Source of the DNA: an uncultured virus (IMG/VR IMGVR_UViG_3300006114_000006)
Lineage: Duplodnaviria; Heunggongvirae; Uroviricota; Caudoviricetes
IMG/VR virus record: IMGVR_UViG_3300006114_000006
Length of the DNA: 64,000 nucleotides
Reading direction: 5' to 3' (one strand)
Shown here: piece after piece, positions 28,973 through 37,850 of the stretch
How the letters are laid out: each line of letters starts with the position of its first letter
How positions within the stretch are numbered: the first letter of the stretch is position 1
Made by a program: the position numbers and the translations under genes
Notes under the pieces: generated by a model
Database searches by the model: none
Told to the model about the DNA's origin: nothing
Seen by the model: only the letters and a program-made list of their open reading frames with translations

Positions 28973-31207
28973 TTACATTCCTATCAATTTTTTAATTCTT
29001 GCCAGTTCGTCCGATTCTGCTACTGAATATGGCATGTTAGTTGGGTGTGCATTAGGTTTATGTTCTATACCTTTAACACTACTTGGTGGATCCATTTGTT
29101 TAACTCTAGCAATAACTTTTTTTACATCATGCGGTTTAGCATGACGATATTCGCCGTTGTTATAACTTTTAAGAATTTTTGTAATTACTCTTGTAGGCCC
29201 GATGGTAAAATTTCCTTCGTGCATTGGAGCGTCTTTATTCCAGAATCCACTAATACTGCTTTCTATTTCCATCTCGCCTGGTGATTTACTACCATCTGAT
29301 ACTGAACTACTCATAGTAGGAGACTTGAATCCGCACTCCATTGGATTAATCTTAAACTGTTTCATACAGTCATGCAATGTCATTTCTTTATGACCAAAAT
29401 CTACTTTGTCATGTAACTCTGCACCACTTTCTCTTGCCTTGATTAATTTGGCTTTTAGTTTGGCAATTTTGTCTGAACCAACATGATCACGCCCAGCCTG
29501 ACGTAATTGATCCATACCGTCTTTGCCATATTTTTTATTACCAAGATATGCTTGCAATCCACTTTCTGCTACGGGTGCGGGTGGAGTTTCACCGCCTGGA
29601 GCCGGAGGAGGAGTTTCACCGCCTGGAGCCGGAGGAGTTTCTGCACCCATGTCAGGTGCGGGTGGAGTTTCGCCACCTGGAGCTGGAGCCGCTGGTTCTG
29701 CACCCATGTCTGGAGGAGTGCTTGCGTCTGAACTCATATTATCTAATTCTTTACTTGCCAATAGTTCTCTTGCGGCGTCCTGTGCTCCTGGATTTTTTCC
29801 AGATGTAACAGCTTTAGGATCATTGTTGGCAACATCTTTTACATATTGTTTTAACACAGTAACGATATTGTCGTTATCTGATAAACCTTTTAAATAATTT
29901 TCAGTAAATTTGTCACTGTCGATAATACCTTTTAAAGTAAGTGCCGCGTTAACACCATCGGTTCCTGGCTTTAGTCCTTGACTGATTTTATCTTTTAAAT
30001 TTTTAACTGCTTGTGATCTTATTTCTGGAATTGTACTGAATAATGTATTAACACCTTGTTGTGTTGTTTCATCTTCAGCAACAAGTTGATTCATGAATGA
30101 TTCGAATTGATCTTCTGGGGATTCTTTGATTCGTTTACCTTCTTTATTGTATTTGCCTGATTCCTTTTTAGAAATTGCAATTGCCGCTTGTACAGGATTT
30201 CCTGCTTCGTCTAATAAATCGTCTGGTGTTAATTCTTTAACAGGAATATCATTTTCACTTACTAGTTTAAAGATGTATGGAAATGCTGTACGTAGTTCTT
30301 CGTTGAATGTGCGGATAGTTAATCTATCGATCCAATCATCCATTACTGCCTCTGGAATCATTTGTTCTTCATGATCTTCAAATGATTCTACAAATGCTTC
30401 GTAGTATGATGTACGGCTTAATTGTTGAATTTCTTTTTTGACAGAATCAATGCGTTCCATAACTTTACTAGTGATGTCGCCCATTGCCTCACTTAATGCT
30501 TCGTTACGACCAACATAACCTTTAAACTTGCGTAATTGTGCTAGCTCTTCTGATAAACTTGTAATATGTTTACCAATACTATCATAAGGGATACCGCCAT
30601 GTTTTAAATGTTCTGCAAGAGCACGGGCACCTGCAAGATGTTTAAACGGATATTTAAAACGTTCACCATCTGCATTCTCAACATAGATAGATTCAATATG
30701 CATTGTACGTCCTGCGGCTAGGTCGGTATTAACTGGCTGACTGTGTTTAACTACCAGTCTTGCCTCTCCGAGGTCTTGGTAACTGATCTTAGCAGTACCG
30801 TACATTTTACTTTCCATCATGGTAAATTCTTCCTTGGGTTTCGCTTGGAACTCATAATCTCTTTTGTCTAATTGATCTTTGTTTATGTTTTGAATATCAA
30901 AATTTAATAGTCTGTCCTTGGCAAATGATCTTAATCCGCGAATAAATTTAAAAACTCCTGGATGTTTTTTTTCAGCTAGGCTTCCACTAATTTGTACAAC
31001 TACTCCGTCTTCTCTGTCCAATGTAATTGTTACGTTACCAAGTTTAACACCACGGTCTTCGTATTCAAATTCAAAAAAACGTGCTCTGGGAATATCGCCT
31101 TTTCTACTTAAAACTTCAGCATTTTCATCGCCAATTTTAATGTCTGGAAAGCGTGTTTCAATCTTTCCATACAAGTCCTTGGCTATTTTATTCAGATTTG
31201 TGTCCAT
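28973..31207 (-). CDS. Large putative head-associated/internal protein with Pro-rich linker
   Basis: Leaderless TAAATA start; many xxES sites; PAPGGETPP repeats; C-terminal VAESDELARIKKLIG. Confidence 0.7.
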   Translation of the reverse strand: MDTNLNKIAKDLYGKIETRFPDIKIGDENAEVLSRKGDIPRARFFEFEYEDRGVKLGNVTITLDREDGVVVQISGSLAEKKHPGVFKFIRGLRSFAKDRLLNFDIQNINKDQLDKRDYEFQAKPKEEFTMMESKMYGTAKISYQDLGEARLVVKHSQPVNTDLAAGRTMHIESIYVENADGERFKYPFKHLAGARALAEHLKHGGIPYDSIGKHITSLSEELAQLRKFKGYVGRNEALSEAMGDITSKVMERIDSVKKEIQQLSRTSYYEAFVESFEDHEEQMIPEAVMDDWIDRLTIRTFNEELRTAFPYIFKLVSENDIPVKELTPDDLLDEAGNPVQAAIAISKKESGKYNKEGKRIKESPEDQFESFMNQLVAEDETTQQGVNTLFSTIPEIRSQAVKNLKDKISQGLKPGTDGVNAALTLKGIIDSDKFTENYLKGLSDNDNIVTVLKQYVKDVANNDPKAVTSGKNPGAQDAARELLASKELDNMSSDASTPPDMGAEPAAPAPGGETPPAPDMGAETPPAPGGETPPPAPGGETPPAPVAESGLQAYLGNKKYGKDGMDQLRQAGRDHVGSDKIAKLKAKLIKARESGAELHDKVDFGHKEMTLHDCMKQFKINPMECGFKSPTMSSSVSDGSKSPGEMEIESSISGFWNKDAPMHEGNFTIGPTRVITKILKSYNNGEYRHAKPHDVKKVIARVKQMDPPSSVKGIEHKPNAHPTNMPYSVAESDELARIKKLIGM
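29572..29720. repeat. Imperfect coding repeats (PAPGGETPP / PDMGAE)
   Basis: ggagtttcaccgcctggagccggagga units repeated. Confidence 0.75.
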
Positions 31208-31217
31208 ATAATATTTA

Positions 31218-32819
31218 TCACATCCCCGTAGATATGAATATAGGCAAGGGTAGTTCGTAATTTTCTTCTTCGGCCCAATCGCTATGTACTTTTAGTCTAT
31301 CAAATACATTAGGATCCCATTCTGCCAGTACAATAGCCATACGTACTATTAATAGTAAAGCCGCTACTAGGTCGTCGTGTTGCCCTTCTTTGGCCGCAAA
31401 AGTAGTACCTTTTGCAATATAAGTTTTAAGTTCGCTTAGTAAAGTACGGCTGTTTATAGTACATTTTCCTTCTTCGATTAGGTATTTAATTTTAGCACAA
31501 GTGGCAATTTTAGTACCAAATGTAGTATTAAACCCTTTGCGGAATTTCTTAACATGCCCTTTTCGTAAGGGTTCACTTAAAAATAACCCTGGGAAAGTTT
31601 CTTCTCCTAGATTGTCTATGACAACTAGGGCACTTTCACCCACAGTATTATTTTCCACACTCCAGTAGATTTGATTAAAACTATCTTCTCCTATCTCATC
31701 TGCTATGTATTTGATAACATCTCTAAGTATTTTAACCTGCTGTTGTATAGGTGTAATGTTATGTTGCCACTCGGCTATTTGAGTCATACTGGGCATTTCA
31801 AACACTTCGATGGCACCGTAGTCGCCGCCAGTACCTAAACTAGGATCCAGGGCTATAAGATAAACATGTCCAGGTTCGGGTTTTTTATACCAACGCACTT
31901 GACCCATTTTAAAAGCAGGCTCTCGTCCTACTAATTCTGCAAGTTTTAAACTGCTGATTAAGGTTTCATCATAAACTAAAAATTCGCAACCGTACTCGCG
32001 ACGGAAACGTTCTTCACCGATACGTCCCATCTCAGTTTTCTTCCATTCGTCATCGCGATCTGGATGTTCCCACCAATCGGCTTTAAATCCATGAAACCCG
32101 TTACGTCCAGTCTTGTCATCCTTTTCATTACCGTACTCGTCAAAGAAATCTTGACTTTCTTTCCAGATAATAGCAAACGTATCTTCGTCACTGTTAGGTG
32201 TTGAAGTAATAATTGCTCGTCCACCAGTTGCTAGTGTGGGGCTGATTGATGTCCAAAATTCATCAGCAATGTTAGGTTGAAGGAACGCAAACTCGTCACA
32301 ATATAATAAGGATATGGACATACCACGACCGGTGTTACCAGTAGTAGTAGCTGATACAATTCTTGATCCGTTGTCAAAATCAATGCTCCCTTTGTTATAA
32401 CTTACAACACCTGATCTAATATAATCAGGACATAATTCGTATCCGTAACGAATACGTTGCATAATTTCCTGTGCGCCTGTGTATTTGTGTGCGGCAATTA
32501 GAATAGTCTGATCTGGATGAAACATAGCATACCATAACAAGTACGCTGATGCACAAGTAGTCTTTCCACTTTGACGTGGCAACATATTAATGTTAAAACG
32601 ATAGTTGTGGTAAGCACTTAATAATCCTGTTTGGTATTTGTAAGGTTCAAATTTAACCTTTCCTTTTACAGGGTGCTGTATATGAAAGAAATGTTTTGCA
32701 AAATGCAAATAGCCAGTCTCGGGGTTGGCACACTCCAACAAATCTTGAACTTGTTGTTCTGTAAATTTTTCTTTTGTATGCGCCTTCTTTGTTAAGACGC
32801 CGTCTAGTGATTTTGCCAT
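31218..32819 (-). CDS. 17: Terminase large subunit (gp17-like)
   Basis: YQ, PRQSGKTT, LLYCDEFAF, ITSTPN, FRREYGCEF, nuclease ALDPS.G.GGD...HDDLV. Confidence 0.95.
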   Translation of the reverse strand: MAKSLDGVLTKKAHTKEKFTEQQVQDLLECANPETGYLHFAKHFFHIQHPVKGKVKFEPYKYQTGLLSAYHNYRFNINMLPRQSGKTTCASAYLLWYAMFHPDQTILIAAHKYTGAQEIMQRIRYGYELCPDYIRSGVVSYNKGSIDFDNGSRIVSATTTGNTGRGMSISLLYCDEFAFLQPNIADEFWTSISPTLATGGRAIITSTPNSDEDTFAIIWKESQDFFDEYGNEKDDKTGRNGFHGFKADWWEHPDRDDEWKKTEMGRIGEERFRREYGCEFLVYDETLISSLKLAELVGREPAFKMGQVRWYKKPEPGHVYLIALDPSLGTGGDYGAIEVFEMPSMTQIAEWQHNITPIQQQVKILRDVIKYIADEIGEDSFNQIYWSVENNTVGESALVVIDNLGEETFPGLFLSEPLRKGHVKKFRKGFNTTFGTKIATCAKIKYLIEEGKCTINSRTLLSELKTYIAKGTTFAAKEGQHDDLVAALLLIVRMAIVLAEWDPNVFDRLKVHSDWAEEENYELPLPIFISTGM

Positions 32820-32833
32820 AACTTTATTTACAC

Positions 32834-32861
32834 AAAAAAATAGACCCCGGAGGGTCTATTT
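32834..32861 (-). terminator. Rho-independent terminator immediately upstream of terL late promoter
   Basis: ATAGACCC/GGGTCTAT stem with A-run; second hairpin GCACCTTG..CAGGGTGC adjacent at about 32863-32880. Confidence 0.8.
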
Positions 32862-32895
32862 GGCACCTTGGACAGGGTGCTAACTGCGACGAAAC

Positions 32896-34179
32896 TTAAC
32901 CGTTTAATCTTTTGTTTAATGCTAGCATAGCATTTAATTCTTTACTTTCATTCATCTGTTCTGGTAAGGTTGGAGTATGGTGTTGTCCTAAACTTCCTCG
33001 AATATCATTTTTCATACGCTTTCTTCTATCGGCCGTAAGTTTTCCTTTTGAGTCGCCTTTACTAGAAATACTACCATGCCCCCAGTTCTCAGGATCGTTG
33101 TGATGCTTAGGTAAATTACTTCTAGTATCTAATGGATCTGTCCATACAGTATCCCTGTCAAATGTAGATCGTTTTTGACCTGGATCTTTTTTAGGTCTTT
33201 CTTTTATACCGTATCCGTAATCTATGCTATCGTAATCATCACTGTCGCCTTTCTTTTGAGTAAACAATTGGCCTTTGTATTTAGGATCACGCCATTTAGC
33301 AGATTCTTCCATGTCTTCATAATCTTTAGGATCATGTTCTTCATAGTGATAATGCTCTAGTGCTTCTTGATGACTCCAACCGTATTTTCGCATTAGGTGA
33401 CGAATCTTTTTCTCTTCATCATCATCGTGATGAGCGTTTTCTTTTACATCTTTTTTAGACATTTTTTCACTTTTGCGGCTCATTGATTTTTGTTTAACTT
33501 CTTCGTACATTGCTGAAAGTTTATTAACTAGACTTTCATCAAAATTACTTGGTTCACGTAATGGGTTAGTTCCAACTGCACGTTGAATAGGACTAATCTT
33601 ACCCTTACTATTCATATCATCTCCGCTGAATGTTACAGCATCTACACCGTGAACATGATGACCTGCTGATCCTTGAGCACTATTACCGTAAGTTTCTTCA
33701 TCGTCGTCAAATTCTTCTTCCATACCACGTTCATCTGTTGTAAGAGGACTCATATCGCTTTGTCCTTCTTCGGCAGACATACTTGCAACCATATCACCCA
33801 TCATAGGCTCTTCATGATCGTGTTCGCTGGAATCTTTACCAATGATCATAGCTGGTTCTTTTTCGCTTGAACCATTTTCAATATTACGTAGAATACTCAT
33901 CAGATCTTTAATACCGCCAGATCCTTGACCAGACATAGTAACATTCATCGAAACATTGTCCTGTTGACTTTGTTGGGCATGTGCAATCATTGGAAGTGGG
34001 CCTTCACCACATTCTTCAACACTTTCCTCTTTTGGTTTCTGAGCCGCTAACTGATTTTTACGTTGTTGCATATAAAGGTCAAATTTAGCACCTTCTGGTC
34101 CTTGACCACCGTAATGATTTGGTGGCTCAACACCTTCTTCAATCTTTTTTAATTTTGCCATTAAATCGTATAGTTGCAT
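32896..34179 (-). CDS. Charged low-complexity protein, putative prohead core/internal protein
   Basis: Many (I/V/M)xE sites, acidic/basic blocks, C-terminal MNESKEL motif. Confidence 0.65.
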   Translation of the reverse strand: MQLYDLMAKLKKIEEGVEPPNHYGGQGPEGAKFDLYMQQRKNQLAAQKPKEESVEECGEGPLPMIAHAQQSQQDNVSMNVTMSGQGSGGIKDLMSILRNIENGSSEKEPAMIIGKDSSEHDHEEPMMGDMVASMSAEEGQSDMSPLTTDERGMEEEFDDDEETYGNSAQGSAGHHVHGVDAVTFSGDDMNSKGKISPIQRAVGTNPLREPSNFDESLVNKLSAMYEEVKQKSMSRKSEKMSKKDVKENAHHDDDEEKKIRHLMRKYGWSHQEALEHYHYEEHDPKDYEDMEESAKWRDPKYKGQLFTQKKGDSDDYDSIDYGYGIKERPKKDPGQKRSTFDRDTVWTDPLDTRSNLPKHHNDPENWGHGSISSKGDSKGKLTADRRKRMKNDIRGSLGQHHTPTLPEQMNESKELNAMLALNKRLNG

Positions 34180-34814
34180 TATTTTGTCCCCTTAGGCAAT
34201 TTAGGGAGTTTATTTTGTTTAGTACCAATGGTACTAGTTGTCCCTGGTTTGTTTGTGTTAAATTCTTTAACTTTTCTATATTCTTCTGCGACACCTGGCA
34301 TTTTTTCAGCAAGAATTTGATCATTAAATCCTTTAACTTGTGTCATGTTGTGTTTTTCTTTACCTAGTTCTTTTAACAAGTCATACTTGTATTTGTCGTT
34401 AACTAGGTCGCTGTGATCACTAGGATCTTGAGTAGTTCCGCCAACTGCTTTACCAGTTTTTTCATCGTGTTCGTGATTAATTTCGTGTTCACGTTCTTCC
34501 CACATGTTGCGTACAATTACGTGGCTGTGGGTAACGCCTAGGCCAGTTGCAACCATATCGCGAATTTGTAAACTAGTTGCAGGATAATCTGTAGTAACAT
34601 CGTAGATAGTCATACCAACATTTTTGTGCTCTGGAAATTCGCTGTGACGTTCTTGAATTGGTGTTGTAATTCCTTTATTAACTTTAGTAACGTGGAATTG
34701 GCTCAAAGAGCCTTTGATTTGCTCAACAGCATTATCTGGGTGATCTCCAGCAATTTTTACTTTAAATTCGTAAACTTTTTTGCTTTCGGTCAAATATTCT
34801 TTGTATGATTTCAT
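34179..34814 (-). CDS. Putative internal head protein
   Basis: N-terminus MKSYKEYLTE resembles the T4 capsid-targeting sequence MKTYQEFIAE. Confidence 0.65.
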   Translation of the reverse strand: MKSYKEYLTESKKVYEFKVKIAGDHPDNAVEQIKGSLSQFHVTKVNKGITTPIQERHSEFPEHKNVGMTIYDVTTDYPATSLQIRDMVATGLGVTHSHVIVRNMWEEREHEINHEHDEKTGKAVGGTTQDPSDHSDLVNDKYKYDLLKELGKEKHNMTQVKGFNDQILAEKMPGVAEEYRKVKEFNTNKPGTTSTIGTKQNKLPKLPKGTK

Positions 34815-34835
34815 AGTCTGATCCTAGTACTATAT

Positions 34836-35318
34836 TTATTTTAAATTCTTTAATTTCTCTAACAAGCTATTACGATCCGAAATAATGACTCCATCGCCTG
34901 GAATCGTAACACCTTCATCATGACCGTTAGTATCTTGGTCTAACTTTTGTTTCTTGAGCTGTAGATCAATCATCTTTAGCTTTTTATCTAATTTGGCACT
35001 TTTAGCACTGATAGCGTGTCCTAACATACCTGCGGCTACTTCAAACAATCTGGCACTGTATCTAGCTTCAACGTTCATGCCTAAATCCATGATATCTTCG
35101 TAGGCATCTTTTGCTTTTTGTGCTAGTTCGTCCAGTTCATTATCGGCAATATCGCCTAGACCTTTTACCGCTGGTAACGCGGCTGAGATTTTATCAAACT
35201 CACTCATGTCGCGAAGGAATGGCTGAGCAAGTTCAGCTTTGGCTTGTGCTTTTTCTTCCTGTTTAACGATTTTTTTACTATCGGGAAGATTTAGGATTTC
35301 TTCAAGTTTTTTAGTCAT
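34836..35318 (-). CDS. Probable terminase small subunit
   Basis: Helical 160 aa, 'ARLFEVA..ML..AI.AK', 'DRNSLL' ending; near terL and gp4. Confidence 0.5.
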   Translation of the reverse strand: MTKKLEEILNLPDSKKIVKQEEKAQAKAELAQPFLRDMSEFDKISAALPAVKGLGDIADNELDELAQKAKDAYEDIMDLGMNVEARYSARLFEVAAGMLGHAISAKSAKLDKKLKMIDLQLKKQKLDQDTNGHDEGVTIPGDGVIISDRNSLLEKLKNLK

Positions 35319-35332
35319 ACTATTACTTATGC

Positions 35333-35761
35333 TTAAACTTGACTGAAGATATCATTTTCATTAAGGATACGAAATTTAATACCTTGTTGTTTACACCATA
35401 GTCCAGCGGCAGCCCATTTGGCTTGATTTTTAACAAACTGTGCTTGGTTGTACTTGTTCTTGCCCACACGTTCTAGTATAGTTTGGCTAGCTGGTTTAAT
35501 TTCAATTAGTTCTGTAAGGACATGATTATGTCGGTCTACATACTGTATAAAAAAATCAGGAACATAAACTGTTTGTCTATCAGTTAGCGGATCTCTATAA
35601 GGAATCTGCACAGCTTCACTTGCCCATTTTTGCACATTTTCGTTGTTGTCGCAGAAATTCATAAAACTCCATTCCCAACTCGATCTGTAAGTAGGCGTTT
35701 TAGTACCTACATACTTTTCTGGATGTTTCATGGTGAATTTTCCACGTGCAAATTTAGCCAT
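35333..35761 (-). CDS. 4: Head completion nuclease (T4 gp4-like)
   Basis: PEKYVG, YRSSWE, WASE, YVPDF, IEIKP, NQAKW.AA. Confidence 0.9.
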   Translation of the reverse strand: MAKFARGKFTMKHPEKYVGTKTPTYRSSWEWSFMNFCDNNENVQKWASEAVQIPYRDPLTDRQTVYVPDFFIQYVDRHNHVLTELIEIKPASQTILERVGKNKYNQAQFVKNQAKWAAAGLWCKQQGIKFRILNENDIFSQV

Positions 35762-35762
35762 A

Positions 35763-36128
35763 TTATACTAATATGTTACGTGATTCAAACGTGTCAGTAA
35801 CTTGAGCAGTTCTAAAACCTAATAGACTGGTTTTTTCTCTGTAAGCATTTAATACCTGTGCAACCACTTGGCTAAGTTGCACATCAGTTAAACTTTTTAG
35901 TTTATCTAACAAACTAAACACACTGACGTTTTCTACTCTAGATTGATTTAATAATATAATTGCCGTACTACTTGCACCTGCATAATCAAAACCACGCTTG
36001 ACAAAAAATGCGATTGTTGCGTCGATCTCTGCCGCTGGAAAACTTACAGGAGTATTATAATACGTATCAAAAAATGTTTTAACATTTGTTGGTCCGCTTT
36101 GTGTTGCCGAAGGTAAATTTCCTATCAT
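35763..36128 (-). CDS. Hypothetical protein
   Basis: Coupled ORF in tail operon. Confidence 0.7.
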   Translation of the reverse strand: MIGNLPSATQSGPTNVKTFFDTYYNTPVSFPAAEIDATIAFFVKRGFDYAGASSTAIILLNQSRVENVSVFSLLDKLKSLTDVQLSQVVAQVLNAYREKTSLLGFRTAQVTDTFESRNILV

Positions 36129-36131
36129 ATA

Positions 36132-37127
36132 TTATCCTCCTGGTTTTTGTTGGGTAGCTTGGGTTGTGTTATCGTTATCGTTACTTTGTGGAAAGTTGTA
36201 ACCACTCAACCCACCTGCATTATTATTGGAAGTTGAATCAATAATTCCCATAGTACCATTCGAATTAATTGGTTGTTGTGTGTTTTGATAGGAATTAATC
36301 TGTGTAATCACACTGTCAAGGAAACTTGCCGCATTGCCCTTAACATTTAAAGATTCTACAAAACTGGGATTTGGCACACTAGGATCTGGATTGATACCTT
36401 TTAAAGAACTCGGACTGTGATCATAATGCCCTTCTCCGAATCCTTCGGGGCTATCTTCGGATACTGCTCCTACACTATAACTTACAGCTTCATATTTGAT
36501 TTTCATATCAAAATCATGCGTACCTGGCTGACTGTAATCTAATTTATTATGATTCCAACTAGTGATAATAGGATTAGCTAGGGTATATTGTACATATTCG
36601 TGTCTAGCCATTTGATAAATCTTAATGTACTTAAAAAAAGGAACTGTACTACCGTTGTCTAATCCGTATGCTGTCGGAATATAATTTGCGTTTTTAGTGG
36701 CAGTTCTATTGTATGCTCCGGGTATAGTTGCACTAGTTGGATCAGCATAATAATAGTTGTAATAATTTTGCCACAGGGCATTAATCAGTCCCATATTATC
36801 ATCATGAAATTTTATTCCAAGTTCCATGGGTTCATGTATGAACTGAATATTTTTCTTTCTGTTGTATTGATTTGCCATGTCAGTCTTGACTGTGAAATGG
36901 GGTAAATCAACACTTTTAACCATCAAGTTAATTTCTTTTCCGTAACGCTGTACTAAATTTAAATTATAAACTGTAGAATTATCGATGCCAAATGCAACAT
37001 GGAATAAAAATTTACTTTTAGGCGCTAATCTGAATTGATCAGTTACAAAGGTGTTATAGGCGTGGCGCCAATCTTTAAAAAAAAGATGGTTACTTGCTTG
37101 TAAATTACGGTTAGATGTAAAGCTCAT
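36132..37127 (-). CDS. Tail-tube-like baseplate protein (gp48/gp54-like)
   Basis: VKSVDLP.F...NQYNRK...FHDD...L.NPIITSW.H..LDYS tube-fold motifs; next to tube gene. Confidence 0.65.
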   Translation of the reverse strand: MSFTSNRNLQASNHLFFKDWRHAYNTFVTDQFRLAPKSKFLFHVAFGIDNSTVYNLNLVQRYGKEINLMVKSVDLPHFTVKTDMANQYNRKKNIQFIHEPMELGIKFHDDNMGLINALWQNYYNYYYADPTSATIPGAYNRTATKNANYIPTAYGLDNGSTVPFFKYIKIYQMARHEYVQYTLANPIITSWNHNKLDYSQPGTHDFDMKIKYEAVSYSVGAVSEDSPEGFGEGHYDHSPSSLKGINPDPSVPNPSFVESLNVKGNAASFLDSVITQINSYQNTQQPINSNGTMGIIDSTSNNNAGGLSGYNFPQSNDNDNTTQATQQKPGG

Positions 37128-37175
37128 AGTATTATTTATTTAAATAATTAACTACGTACATAATGAATAGTCAAT

Positions 37176-37203
37176 AAAAAGCCTACGTGTGTAGGCATTT
37201 TTA
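37176..37203 (-). terminator. Rho-independent terminator after tail tube gene
   Basis: GCCTAC/GTAGGC stem with A5. Confidence 0.7.
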
Positions 37204-37839
37204 TTATGAACCTAATGCGTTATGACCGCTACTTGCACCTGATTTTTGTACAGATTTAGGAGCACCAATTGCAGGAACTGGATCAGTTTGTACTGCATTA
37301 TCAAACTGGATTGTTAGATCAATCATTACAGGACCTTGCTCGCTGTATTTTAAATCTTGCCAGTTAGTTTGTTGTACATAACATCCATACAATTCCCAAG
37401 TTTCTAAAACGTTAGGAACATTAGAACCGTTACCGCCGTCTAACATTTCAATACGCATTGTAAACTTGTAATCACCAGCCGCTGCCGCTGAACTTTGTTC
37501 AAAAAAGTCAAACTGTTTCTGGTTCTGCTCACCGACCAATTTGCTAACTGCACCAGTAACATCATCACGCAATTTAACTGTAAGTGCTTTCCACTTAGGT
37601 TTGCCAGCATAATGAATAATACTGTTGTAGATATCGATCTTTTGATCTTCAAATTCAACTTGTGGACGAGCCGCTTCAGCAACTTGTTTTGTTAGTTCTG
37701 TTGTTGGAGTACTTACACCAAAGTTTTCAAAGTTAATTCTAAAACGATACTTCAACTTAGGCATTAGCATGCCCTGTGAAGCCGCACTTTGATCACTTGC
37801 TAGTGGTACTGTAAAATTTGATAGTGCCGCGATTGCCAT
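37204..37839 (-). CDS. 19: Tail tube protein (gp19-like)
   Basis: PKLKYRFR, YAGKP.W..LTV.LRDD, ETWELYGC, TIQFDNA; follows sheath. Confidence 0.85.
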   Translation of the reverse strand: MAIAALSNFTVPLASDQSAASQGMLMPKLKYRFRINFENFGVSTPTTELTKQVAEAARPQVEFEDQKIDIYNSIIHYAGKPKWKALTVKLRDDVTGAVSKLVGEQNQKQFDFFEQSSAAAAGDYKFTMRIEMLDGGNGSNVPNVLETWELYGCYVQQTNWQDLKYSEQGPVMIDLTIQFDNAVQTDPVPAIGAPKSVQKSGASSGHNALGS

Positions 37840-37850
37840 TTAATTTCTCC

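Noticed and set aside
12483..32819. Inteins or introns in helicase, UvsW, UvsX or TerL
   Set aside because: Lengths are normal and motifs are contiguous
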